Of a stretch of 64,000 nt of DNA, positions 1-13,600 are shown one piece after another. This stretch comes from Malacoraja senta (lineage: Eukaryota). Within the stretch, counting starts at the first letter, position 1. Each line of letters starts with the position of its first letter. The notes under the pieces were generated by a model. It was not told where the DNA came from. It ran no database searches and was given only the letters and a program-made list of their open reading frames with translations. The translations under genes were made by a program, and so were the position numbers. The stretch spans positions 62,001-126,000 of the forward strand of contig JAXLNO010004868.1 in NCBI GenBank assembly GCA_038087875.1, read 5' to 3'.

Positions 1-405
1 CACCTCAGTCTTAAATGGCCTCCCCTTTATTCTAAGACTGTGGCCCCTGGTTCTGTACTTGCCCAACATTGGGAACATTTTTCCTGCATCTAGCTTGTCC
101 AGTCCTTTTATAATTTTATGTCTCTATAAGATCCCCCCTCATCCTTCTAAACTCCAGTGAATACAAGCCTAGTCTTTTCAATCTTTCCTCATATGACAGA
201 CCTGCAATCCCAGGGATCAATCTCGTGAACCTACGCTGCACTGTCTCAATCACAAGGATGTCCTTCCTCAAATTAGGAGACCAAAACTGTACACAATACT
301 CCAGATGTGGTCTCACCAGAGCCCTATACAACTGCAGAAGAACCTCTTTAATCCTATACTGAAATCCTCTTGTTATGAAGGCCAACATTCCATTAGCTTT
401 GATTT
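1..405 (-). mobile_element. CR1 LINE ORF2 3' fragment
   Basis: [15 protein letters not shown]...[10 protein letters not shown], the CR1 post-RT motifs. Confidence 0.9.
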
Positions 406-2629
406 CCATAGCCTGTGATAAAATGTATGCTCGGATTCAGTGGATTATGATCTAATAGTGTAAACTATTAGAACCAATGAAGTGAGATTGTTATTGTGTG
501 GGCTGTTAATCAACTCAAATCATTAGGTGATAAATTATATAGCTGCTAAAGGTTAGAATTTCCTACCTGACAACTTTAAGAGCATTAATATCCACATGAA
601 GAGCCTCACAATGTAATCTCCTACAACACAGCAACTTTACATTTTAAAATTACACAAAGGCTTAAAGATGGAGAGGAGCCATACAAACATTCAGCTACTT
701 CCTCATCTCTGGCAGAAGATGGATACATACATCATTCATTGTTAATGGATTCTTAGCTGCTTAAATGTTTCCTTTAGGCACTGGCACTATTGTTACAGCC
801 CCCACATTCTGGCTAAACCTAATCCACATGTCTCTACAGCTTCCAGGTCATCCTTTTGCTCATGAAGAAATTGCATCATCAATATCAGCACACTTTAAGC
901 ACGAAGTAAGAATAGTAATGCTGCAGGATAAATATCACCTCCTATTTCCAAAGATGATGCACGTTAACTTGTCTTGACATACAGGCCCATTCTTTTTATC
1001 TTCAATAGCCATCATCTTTGATCACTGGAATAGCAAGAGTCTGTCACCATCTATTTTCCAAAAGCATGAATGAGCCAGTTCATGGAAGCATGTTGGCTGA
1101 ACAATATGCGATGGATGCCTGAATTTCAGGTCTATCAGTTTAAGACTAACTTGGTGGGTCAAAAAAAAATCTCTATTGCTAAGTCAATTTCTAATCATTC
1201 ATGGTTTCACCAGCTTAGGCCCTTAAAAAAAATCACATGTCCTTGCATTTGAGCTGCCACCAACTGTGCCCTAACAAACCTGCCAGCTCAGTAGATTAGA
1301 AGACTCCCATTGCTTCTAGATGTTTATTTCTAGCCTTGGTGTAAATTAATTGAAGGGGTACTAAAACATTGGGAGGTTGAGGATGATGGTAGTAGATGGG
1401 AAAATAGTGCGAAAATAAAAAATACTCATACTGTTGTTGAAAATATGTTAATAATGCAAAACAATCATATATGATTAATCAGATTTATTTCCTAGCATCA
1501 GCATATCCAAGGCATTATCTAATTTTAATTAATTACAATGACAAAATGACACATTAGAATATAATTTAGCTTAAACATGCTTGAAAGAATGCATTTCTGT
1601 TGAATCATAGTAAAACAAATTTAAAAATAACCATCAACCACACACAAAAAACACCAAATAGGCTTTTTTCCCTCAAAATAGAGAAAACAATTATTTACAT
1701 GAAATATCAGAATCTTGTTTATTAACATGCACTGTAATACCAAACATCATTTACACTTAATCACATTATCTGTCTCATTTATTTTCTCTCTAACATAAAA
1801 CAAAATATACTCTTCCCAAATGTAAAAATGCAACCTTATAAACAGTTTTAGGAAACTGTTTGCTTTAGGAAAATTGAGTTTTTCAGGAAGTGCACTCAGA
1901 AAAGGTACTCAGCTGGTTCATCAATTTAATAGATTATATCACAAGGTTGGTATTAACTTTCTAATAATGCTTTTACGTCTATTCACTAATTTCTTGGATG
2001 AAACAGCCCCGCCTACAACAGAACCAAGGCGACAGACAAGCTCCAATTGATCTGTATAGGTAACAATTGCGCCAATAAAATGTCAGTTAAATGTTTGCAT
2101 CTAATCTGCAGGATCTTAACCATTTCTTCACTGCTCAGTCAGGATCCCCATTTATCAGGATCCCTATTTATCAGGATTTTTGGATTTCATTGTCAGAAAA
2201 ATCGATGTATTAATTACACCAATACCATGCCTGTACAGGAAGACTAGACAATAAAAGCTCTCTGACTAAAGGCTCCCTGGATTGGGGCATTCCAGGACTT
2301 CCAACACGTGGGCTGGACTTTGGACTGGTTGTGTTTTCTGTGGGGTTTTTAAAAACTGCGTTAAAATTGTGGCGACTGTGCATTTGTGGTTGTGTAAAAG
2401 AATTTCACCGTGCTGTGCATAGGTGACAATAAAGAACCACTGAACTTTACCCCTCTCTCTTCCCCCAAAATGTCCACAATTAAGCTCAGGGAATAAAGTT
2501 GAGTGCAACAGAATACTTAACTGAACAATCAATACTTAATTAAATGGAAATAGCCACAGCCATACTTTAGAAGCTCAAGAACATACTTTGAAGTACTTGA
2601 GATCAATGCCGTTTCATTAATAATGATTG

Positions 2630-3405
2630 CAGCAGGATCTTGATTGATTGGCCAGGTGGCTGAAGAATGGTTATTGGAATTTAATACAGCAAAATGTGAG
2701 GTGTTGCATTTTGGGAAGTCTAACATGGGCAGGACCTACACAGTGAATGGTAGGGCTCCGGGGAGTGTTGCAGAGCAGAAGGATCTAGGAGTGCAGGTGC
2801 ATAGTTACTTGAAGGTTGAGTCGCAGGTAGATAAGGTGGTCAAAAAGGCTTATTTGGCACATTTGCCTTCATCAGTCAGAGTATTGAGTATAGAAGTTGG
2901 GAGGTTATGTTGCAGTTGTATAAGACGTTGGTGAGACCACATTTAGAGTATTGTGTTCAGTTCTGGGCACCATGTTATAGGAAAGATGTTGTCAAGCTGG
3001 AAGGGATACAGAGAAGATTTACGAGGATGTTGCCAGGGCTGGAGGGTCTGAGCTATATGGAGAGGCTTAGGCTGGGACTCTAATCCTTGGAATGCAGGAG
3101 GATGAGGGGTGATCTTTTAGAGGTGTTTAAAATCATGATAGGAATAGATCGGGTAGATGCACAGAGTCTCTTGCCCATAGTAGTGGAATCGAGAACCAGA
3201 GGACATAGGTTTAAGGTGATGGAAAAAATATTTAATCGGAATCTGAGGGGTAACCTTTTCACACAAAGGGTGGTGGGTGTATGGAACAAGCTGTCAGAGG
3301 AGGTAGTTGAGGCTGGAACTATCCCAACGATAAAGAAAGTTAGCTGGTGTGGGAAAGTTGGGCCTAATGGCTTGTTTCCACACTCTATCACTCCATGACT
3401 CTATT
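2630..3405 (+). mobile_element. CR1 LINE 3' fragment
   Basis: [37 protein letters not shown] motifs; frameshifted. Confidence 0.9.
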
Positions 3406-3446
3406 AGGGAATTATTATCTATTTCCATTCTACAGCTGCAGGATAT

Positions 3447-3708
3447 AGGGCAGCACGGGTTCAATCCCGACTACGGTTGCTGTCTGTATGGAGTTTGTAG
3501 TATCTCCTCGTGACCGCATGGGTTTTCTCCGAGATCTTTGGTTTCCTCCCACACTCCAAAGACATACCGTCTGTGGGTTAATTGGCTTGGTTAAAGTGTA
3601 AATTATCCCTAGTGTGTGTAGGATCGTGTTAATGTGCGGGGATAGCTGGTCAGCATGGACTTGGTGGCTCGAAGGGCCTTTTTCTGCGCTGTATCTCGAA
3701 ACTAAACA
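3447..3708 (+). mobile_element. tRNA-derived V-SINE (HE1-like)
   Basis: B-box-like gttcaatccc, V-domain core (tggagtttg...ggtttcctcccacactccaaagac), CR1-like tail ending aaactaaac. Confidence 0.8.
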
Positions 3709-4550
3709 TACAATGCAAAGTTAATAAAAATAATATATACAGACACTGACAAAATAATAGTTACTATTCTGCAGGAATCTAGTGCGGAAACTGATGATGG
3801 GTCAATACTAAATGTAGATCTAACTATGGCATGAAGTATTTGAGGAAAATATCAATAATATTTAATTAGCAAACACAAGGAATAAAAATGAATAAAAGGA
3901 TATGTTGAATATGATGTGGGAATGAAGAAAAGGTAAAGGACTCTGGAACATCATATTACACCAGCACCATGAATAGTCAATCTGTTTCTAGGTTGTGAAT
4001 GTAATGTAATTACACAAGGTGTCTTTTGCGAATCTTATTTGAATCTTACATCTAAACATTTATACAACTGTTCATGGGGTAAAAAAACGACCTGAAACTA
4101 AACGCAGCCAGATTATGACGTTAAACCAAAGAATCAGTGACATTGTGTATGTTTCATTCCTCTCCGAACATGAAATCGGACAATATATAAGGGTATAGCA
4201 CAATTAGATATTTAATTTTAACTCAGATTTGAATATGGTAGGTTTCTGCCTCATTGTTTTCAAGTGCAGGATTATATTATAGTGACACAAATATTGGGAG
4301 AAGCAATATCGCAATTTTTCCCTAATCCACAGGATCAGATATTTTTTAATGGTTAATACAACAACAACCGATGCACACTCGTACTTGAACTTTCATCCAG
4401 GGAATGATATTCACTAGTCTAACATGAATAGAAATTCACCATAACCGTTTTAAAAGTACATAAATCTGTTTAAAATATACTCATAAGTATGGCTGAAAAT
4501 AATTTCTCTTATTGCATTATCTTATTAGTCTACAACTTATTGCCTTTTAC

Positions 4551-4666
4551 TTATTCTTTATCCCAGGTGAACACCAATGGCAGGTCCTTCATTCTTTCTT
4601 GGTAGATTTTGTCAAACCTCTCAGATTGAGCTACTGTGAAATTATTTTTCCAGTCACCAACTGTCC
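4551..4666 (-). CDS. SULT last coding exon ([19 protein letters not shown]...WDKE*), not in the ORF track
   Basis: Acceptor ttttccctttcag; completes RKGxxGDWKN; TAA stop at 4553-4551. Confidence 0.95.
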
Positions 4667-7600
4667 CTGAAAGGGAAAATGTGAAGATTCACGTCAAAAG
4701 TGAACTCAAAACTGCGAAATCGAGGGAAGCAAATTGTTAGAAAATATTTCAGCAAGATACGAAGCAATGAAAACAGCAAATACTGAAACATTCAACAGGT
4801 CAGATAGCATTATGGAAACAGTTTGTTTTCAATTCCAGATACCTTCGCTAGAACTGGGAAAGAATAAGGCTTTTTTTCAACGAAGGTTCCCGTTTCTGAA
4901 ATGTTAATTCTGTTTCTTTTTGCACACATGCTATCTGACCTGTTGAGTATTTGTAGCAATTTCTTTATTTCAAACTTCCTGCATCTGCAGTTCAGAGAGT
5001 CATAGAGCGATACAATGTGGAAACAGGCCCTTCGGACCAACGCCCCGACCGGCCAACATGTCCCAGCTACACTAGTCCCACCTGTCTGCATTTGGTCCAT
5101 ATCCCTTCAAACCTGTCCTATCCATGTAGTCATAAAACTGCACATCATGGAACCAGGTCCTTTGGCCCACTTTATCGATGCCAACCAAGGTGGTATTCTG
5201 GGCCCGTCCCATTTGCCAGCATTTGACCTGTTTCTTTCTAAATCAAGCGACTTTGAGTCCTGAAAAGCGCTATATAAATAAAATCTATTATTATTATTAA
5301 ATCCTTTCTATCCATATATCTGTCCACATGTTCTGAAAGTCATAATTGCATCCACTTCTAAAGCTTCCACTTGCAGCTCGTTCCTATTATATCATACCTT
5401 CGGAGAGAAAAAGTTGCCTGAGGTCACTTACATTTTTCCTCTCTCACCTTAAGCTGACGTCCTTTATCTACTACACTGGGGGGGAAAAGAATGTGAGCAT
5501 TCACTTTAGCAACATCCCTCATGATTTTAGAATATAGCACATAGAACTGTATAGCAAGCACAAGAACAGGCTCTTCGGCCAACAATGTCTGTAATGAACA
5601 TGATGTCAAGGCTATCACTTGTCTACCCACACATAATCCCTTCATTCCCTGCATATCCATTATCTTGCAAAAACCTGCCCTTTAATCTTTGTCCCTCTCA
5701 CCTCAAAGCTATGCCCTTTGATTTTTCCATCCCGAGAAAAAGATTCTGACCATCTCCCTATCTATGCCTCTCATAATGTTATATACTTCTATCAGGTCTC
5801 CCCACACATCTACGGCATTCCAGAGAATACAATCCAGACTCTCTTTCTGTAGCTAATACCCCCTTATCCAGGTATAATTCTCGTAAACCTGCTCTGCACT
5901 TTTTCTAAAGCCTCCACATCCTCCAAATCCTTCCTGACCAGTGACCAGAACTGCACAGAATACTCCAACTGCGGCCTAACCAAAATCCTATGAAGCTGCA
6001 TTATTCTGCCTGACTCTTATACTCCAGAGGTAACATCCAATTTCTGCACATCTTACTCCCAAGGGATCCTACATCTGCAATAAGCCCTCATTTACATCCT
6101 AAATGTGTTCAAAGCCCGAAGTAAATGATTTATCGACACTTTTGGGACAAAAATGGACCAAACCAATATTATCTCAGACATTTTCCAGGTACTCTTTGGC
6201 ATGAGGCTTCACCAAAGTTGTTTTTCATTTTGCCATTTGGCAATGCAAAACAGAAGCAGTTTGAATGGACTGCTACTTTTTGGAAATCTGACAAGGTTTA
6301 AGTTGCATCCGTGGGATTTGGGCAAAACTTGTAAATATAGAAATAAAAACTGTAAGGTTGAAAAATCTTATAGTTGTATGAGGAGTTCCTTTGGAATGGA
6401 AGTACCACATGGTGTGTATCAGGTCTTGGTGTTAGTCCTCCCCATGATACTAATTTTCATTATTGACTTGGATTCATTAACTCTAAAGCAAATTGTTCAG
6501 ATTTACAGATGATTCCCTTTTAGGATAGGTACTAGAATCAAAACTGGCATTAAGAGGTGATAAATGGGGCAGAATTCAATGGGAGATGACATTCAATGGG
6601 GGCCAATGGTAAGGTACCAGATGAGATGGCGAAATACGCAGTTCGTGTTTTCCATGATTGAAGCTGGAAGACACCTTGTAGTTCTCAAAATCTAAATAGT
6701 TAATTTCTTCATGAAAGCAAATTCATGATGCAGTACTTTACTCAGACCACAAGGCCTATAAGCCAACCCTGGTTACAGAGAGAAAGGAGATATTTAAGCA
6801 CAGAAAGCAGCAAGTGTCAAGAGAATCAAGAGGGTTTAATCGCCATATGAATGGAACAGAATAATGAAATTCTTACTTGTTGCAGCTTAACAAGCCTGTA
6901 AATACAATACATATCATCAATACAATACATTGATAACCATAAGACAGGTAACATTAATAGTATAAAACCAAAGTTCATAGTGCAACCAAAGAAACAGTTC
7001 ATAAATGACCATAGTTGCAGAGGTTAGTGCTGTGTAGTGTTCACAAAATCAATGGTTGCTGGGAAGAAGCTACTTTTGAACCTGATGGTCACAGTTTTAG
7101 GCTTCAGTATCTTCCCAATTGTAGTAGAGAAATGCGAGTGAGGCAAGGGTGATGGGAGTCTTTGATGATATTGGCTGCTTGTTTAGCAACACCTCCTATA
7201 GATCCCTTCAATAGAGGGGAGATCAGTACCTGTGATGCCTTTCAGTCTCAGTAGTAATTCCTGGGTATTTGAGTTGCCAAACCATGCTATGATGCAACCA
7301 GTTAGTAGTGTCTCTCCTGTGCACCTGTAGAGGTTCAATGGAGTATTCACCGACATACCAAATTTTCTCAATCTTCAATGGAAGTAGAGATATTGATGAG
7401 CTTTGTGATTGCATCGATGTGCTGGGCCCAGGGCAGATCTTCAAATATATACACGTACAGGATCTTAAAGTTGTTGACTTTCTCCACTGCCATCCCATCA
7501 ATGAAGATAGTTTAGTGGATCCCCAGCCTTCTCCTTCTCAAGTCAACAATCAGTTCTGTGATCTTGCTCATTTTGAGAGCAAAATTGTTGTTCTGGCACC

Positions 7601-10600
7601 ATTCAATCAGATTACCAATCTCTCTCCTGTACTTTGGCATATCGTTACCCATTATTTGTCCAACAACGATGGTGTCACCCTCAAATTTAAAGTTGACATT
7701 GGCGCTGTGTATGGCTATATGTTTATGGATATAGAGAGGGTAGCGCAGCACAAAGCTCAGTTGAGTATTGCTATTAGTTATTAGCTATTACAGCTATTAA
7801 TATTATTGGACTCAGCACGGAAACAAGCCCTTCAGCCCAACTAGTCCAATATGCCCCCATCTAAGCTGGTCCCATTTGCCCGCATTTGGTCCATATCCCT
7901 CTAAACCTTTCCTATCAATGTATCTGCCCACGTGTCTTTTAAATGTTATTGTTGTACCTGCCTCAACTACCTCCTTTGGCAGCTCATTCCATATACCCAC
8001 CACCTTCTTATTCTGCATCGTTGGGGTCTGAGACAGAGAAAGACTGGAGGAAGGTGGGATTTGCAGGCTTGGAATGAGATGGTGAAGAACAATTGTAATT
8101 GTGTGGGCCATTCACCCATTCTATGGCTGCCTGATTTGTATTTCCATTCACCAAGACAAATTAAAAAATGTCCTTAATGCAGAAATAGTGGCAGATCCAT
8201 TACTTCCCTCTTCCCACTAGGCAAGGATAATTGTAAAATTAACTTAAGTGATCTCCTTGAGGTAAACAATCAGGAAAAGGTATTGAACCAACACACACAA
8301 ATATATGAGCAACATCCAAAATTAACATGCAAAGTGGTGTGGTAAATATTAAAATGCTAGAGTAATTTCAGAAACAATTGGTGTTGCAATGATCCTCGTG
8401 TGTAAGTAGGGGATGTGACAAAAAAAAGACATTGATAGATAATTAAACAATGGTTTAATTATCATTGTCATCTACAATTTCCTCAATGCTCCTTTTCGTA
8501 AAATTGGTTTCAGCTACCATATTCAGGCAAAAATACTTTTGGATATTAGCTGCTGAAGTGGTACCTGCTGTTGCCCTCCAGTGTCGACCCTTATAGTTTT
8601 TTGGAGCAGGGATAGGGAGCCTAATTGGGGAATAGGGAATGCGAAATGCAACACAAGCACCACTGATGCCTTTTTGCAGTATCAGTCACGTAGATTCCAC
8701 CTTCTGACTCCAGTTATGCTATGCAGTCCCTGAGCATGAAGGTAGGCAATAACAAAAAATTAAAACAGTGCATTATTTTAATATTTTGGGCCACTTTCAT
8801 GGCCTAGTGCCATACAGTGTTGACTATGCCTAGTGACTTGGTTGCCGAGAAAGCCTCACTTCACAAATACATCATCCTTTATGTCCAAGGAAAATAGTAA
8901 GCATGCCTTCCTGTAGTCCCTTCCTCTTTACACTTTTTGTCCTGCAAAAGGTGGAAAACCTTAGTCCTATAAAAGGCAAATAGGATCAGACACGGCAGTC
9001 ACAAATAATTTTCATTATAACTACAGCAGGAAACCACAGGCAGAAGAGACTTTTGCTCCTGTTTTTATATTTTCACTCGACTAAGTGGGTCCCTGACACG
9101 CAGGAGGCTTGGTCCCCCAATACAATATTCACCACTCAACCATTGCCCCCAACTGCATACGCGCAGCTCATTCCCCCTAATCCCTAGCACTCTCTCTCCC
9201 CTCCTCTTCGCCCTCCCTCTTCTTTCCCCTCCCCCAATCCCTCCCTCACCTCTCTCTCCCTCTCCTTTCCCCTACCCTCAGTCACTTCCTCCCTCCATAA
9301 CTCCTGTCCCCTTCCTACCCCCCTCCTATCCCTCTATCCCGCACCTCCCCCTATCCCCCCACTATCCCTCCTCACCTCCCCCACTACCCCCTCCTCTACT
9401 CCCCCCTCATCTCCCTCTATTCCCCCTCCTCCCCCACTCTCCCTCCTCACCTCCTCCCTCTTCATTTCCCTCTCCTACCCTCACCCAATTCCTCCCTCAC
9501 CTCTCCTTTCCCCTACCCTCAATCACTCCCTCCCTCCCTCCATAACTACTCTCCCCTCCCATCCTCTCCTTCTATCCTCTCTCCTCCCCCAGTCTTCCTT
9601 CCCCAGGATCTCAAGTTTGCCGTTCCTCTCCCTTCTTGCGTGCCCCAGAAGAGCATCAACCATCGGCGCTCTCAGAGCCAGTCCTCGGATCGGCCCGGAA
9701 GCACTAGCAGCTACGGCCGGGGAGTGCTCGGAGAAAAGATGGGGGAAGAGCCATGGGGGAGAGGGGGCTCTTTATTGAGAACTGGATGCCGTATATGTTC
9801 CATTCATTTAATTATGGATAATGTTAGGATGAATATAGCTATCTGACGAAATGAAAGAATTATGCCAAGTGTATGCAGAATGATACAAAACCAGAGAAAA
9901 CGGATGACACCATGATGAGGTACTGAGAGAAAACAGTAAAACATCAGAAGGGGAGTCAACTGCTTTGGGCAATGGGATTTTAATCAAGGCGTGCAACTAT
10001 AATGTTTGTAAATCAGCTTATGGACAATTCTCAGCAACGAAAACCCAGTGTAACCTGTGGACTGTCTGCAAAGTAGGTGCAGGGGGGGAATTAAACAGAA
10101 AATTAAAAATACAGTAGAAGGGCAAAGAGGGCAAATTCAACATATAATTTGCAGGTAAAATCAACGTGAAATACAATTTGTTTATTAAATGTGCACAGGG
10201 GATGTGCATCACAGAAAAGGGAAAGAGGAAGAATTATTAGATTTCAAAAAATGGATTACCCACTTAGTAAAATATTTTGAATTCATTTATAATACATTTA
10301 TTTCATAATTTATTCCCAATTTGAATTAAAGGGAATACAGAAGAGAAATAAACAAATAGGCAGTAATAAAAATATGGAGACACAAGGCACAGCAGATGTT
10401 GTAATCTTGAGTAAAATACAAAATGCTGGAGTAACTCAATGGGTCAAGCTGCGTGTGTGTAAAGAATGGATAGGCGATGTGTTAGATCGAGAGCCTTCTT
10501 CGATCACGTGCTGGAGCTGTGGAATACATTATCTAGCTTTGTAGGAATTCCCTATCATTCAAGAATTTCTGCAACCTCTGAGTTCAGTGTTCGCTAGACC

Positions 10601-13600
10601 ACAGGAAAATGTGAAACAACAATGGAAAATACTGCATTTAGTTGAATAATGCTTTGAAACGGCTGAACAGGCAGTGTTCTTGGAACAAATGAAACTGAAT
10701 CGAAATTCCATTAATGAAAGTATACAAAAGTCAAAGGTGCATAGGGAGGATCTATTTTACTTGGCAGAAGTTCAGTAATTAATGGACAGAGATTTAATAT
10801 GATTGCTAAATGAATCAGGTGAAAGTAAATATCACCCAGGAGTAATGTGGGTTTGGAACTCACTGTTTCACATGTTACCACATGTTACCACATGTAAAAA
10901 GTACCACATGGTTACCACATGTAAAAAGTAGCTTGATGAACAATTAAATCACCAATTTCTATAAAACCACAGATTGGGAGTTTTGTGGCTGGCACAAGCA
11001 TCGAGTGGAATGGCCCTTTCGATGTCAGAAACTCCAGTGATCCATTCATTTAATATTCTTCCTACATTTAGACATGTTCCAACAAAGAAAAGTGCAATAT
11101 CTGGAATCATCAATTCTGAATTAAAAAAGTCATGCAAAGTACCTTTACGAAGAAACGACCCCCCTGGGGATTTTTTAGGAATTCCTTCATAGTTAGCCAT
11201 TGGATCCTTTTTCATAGTATCGAACGAGCTGTGTTTTATCACGCTGTCAAGTTTTTCGTCGTCCAACTGTCTTCCAACAAAGTTGCAAATTTTTTGTATT
11301 GTTGCTCTGAGATCCTGCCAACATAGATGTAGATTGAGTAGCAACAGCTTCTGTGATACTTCTTAAAGTAATACCTTCTATGCTATTCACCAATTAACAT
11401 GCAAGTAATGAATCATTCTAGAATATTGCTCATAAATGGGTATGTTATGTTAGTATTCATATATCCTGTCATTTCTAGGTTCTGATTTGATGCTTCTTAT
11501 TTCATCCCTCTCCTCCATCTGCAGTAAACAGATAAATGGTGGCACAAAGGCTTGATTGGTTGGGCAGGTGTGTTGAGACATGGTTAATGGAGTTTTATAC
11601 AGATAAGTGTGAGGTTCATGTTGTAGGAGTAGAATTAGGCCATTCAGCCCATCAAGTCCACTCCACCATTAAATCATGGCTGATCCACCATTCCCTCTCA
11701 ACCCCAATTTCCTGCCTTCGCCCCATAACCCCTGACACCCTTACTAATCAAGAATCTGTCAATCTCCGCCTTGAAATATCCATTGACGGCCTCCACAGCT
11801 GTCTGTAGCAATGAATTCCACAGATTTACCACCTTCTGACTAAAGAAATTCCTTTGAGAAGTCAGGACAGGACCCACACAATGCATGGCAGGGCTTTGGG
11901 GAGTGTTATGGAGCTGAGGTATCTAGGAGCACAGGTACATAGTTCCTTGAAAATGGTGTCGCAGGTAGCTAGGGTGGTCCAGGCTTCGGCACTTTGGCTT
12001 TCAACAGTCCGAGTATTGAGTATAGAAATGGAGAAGTTATATTACAGTTGTACAAGACATTGGTGAGGTCACATTTGGAGTATTGTGTTCAGTTTTGGTC
12101 ACCCTGCTGTAGGAAAGATTTTGTTAAGCTGGAAAGATTGCAGAGAAGATTTATGAGGATGTTGCCAGGACTTGAGGGCCTGAAGTGTAGGGAGAGGTTG
12201 AGCAGACTAGATGGGGTAGATGCACAAAGTCTCATGCCCGGGGTAGGTGAATCGAGAACCAGAGGACATAGGTTTAAGATGAGGGGGAAACGATTTAATA
12301 GGAACCCGAGGGTGGTGGGTATATGAACTGCCGGAGGAAGTATGTTGAGGCAGGTACTATCAAAATGTTTAAAAGACATTTGGACAGGTACATGGATAGG
12401 ATAGATTCAGAAGGATATGGTCCAAATGCAAGCAGTTTGGACTAGTGTAGATGGGGCATATTGGGCAATATTGTACTAGATTAGAAGAAATGCAAATGAA
12501 TTGTTGCTTAATCTGGAAAGACTGTTAAATCCCTGAATGGTGGTAAAGAAAGAAAAAATAGGACAAGTGTTGCATCACCTGAGTATGCAAGGTAAATGCC
12601 ATTAGAAAAAGGGGGCTGATGGAAACAAAACAATCAAGATATTCAATTACTTGAATTATATGCAATACTCAAAGTCCTGGAATAACTCAGCAAGTCAGGC
12701 AGCATCTGTAGAGGGAATGGATGCAAATCTTCAGGTTGGGACCCTTGTTCAGACTGATTGTGGTTGAGGAGAGAAAGCCAGAAAAGTGATAGGTGGATAC
12801 AGGTGAGGGAGCTTTGATTGCCAGGTGGGCAGAGTAAGTGACAAAGGCTAGAGATGAGAAGGTGGCAAAAGGGTGTTTGATAATGAGTGAAGGTGAATTA
12901 TAAAGCCAGGGGGGTGGGGGGAGAGGGGTATGATTGTGTGAGAAATGGGTGTGCACTGGATAAGGGAGCACAGGAAAAGAGAGTGGAGGAAGGGTGGAGG
13001 ATTTACAGTACTTCAAATCTTAGAATTCAGTGTTCCTACCATTAGGTTGTAAGCTACCCAAGAGAAATATAAGGTGCTGTTCCTCCAGTTTGTGAGTGAC
13101 CTCACGCTGTCAATGGAGGCGGCCCAAGACAGAAAGGTCAGTATATGTTACCTCCTACTGTACAGTTCGTGCAAATAAACCAACAATAATATAATACTTG
13201 CATAATTGCTATACCTTTTGCATCTCCTCATAGGTTAGGAACAAGAAGTTGAATTCATCCTTATGAGTGCACCAGTCCCTGATATGGTCAAACCAGCAGC
13301 TGAATTCCACTATCGGACAAAGCAAAATTCAGGTTATCTTAAATTTGAGCTGCATTAAAATAATATGAGAATGTTACAGTGTTATTTTTTCCTAATGGAT
13401 TTGCATTTCAAAAAATGAAAGCACCCACATTTTCTCTGTAAAGAAGGATATAAAACAGCCGGATATTTTCAATAAAACAACTGTAAAGTTTTGATCATGA
13501 TGAATCTTATTGTCCGACGTTATTTATAAGAAATTTAACTAAAGGGACAAAATTTCTGTTTGCACTTGTGTAGCCTTACCTAGAACGGACCGTTTATTGG

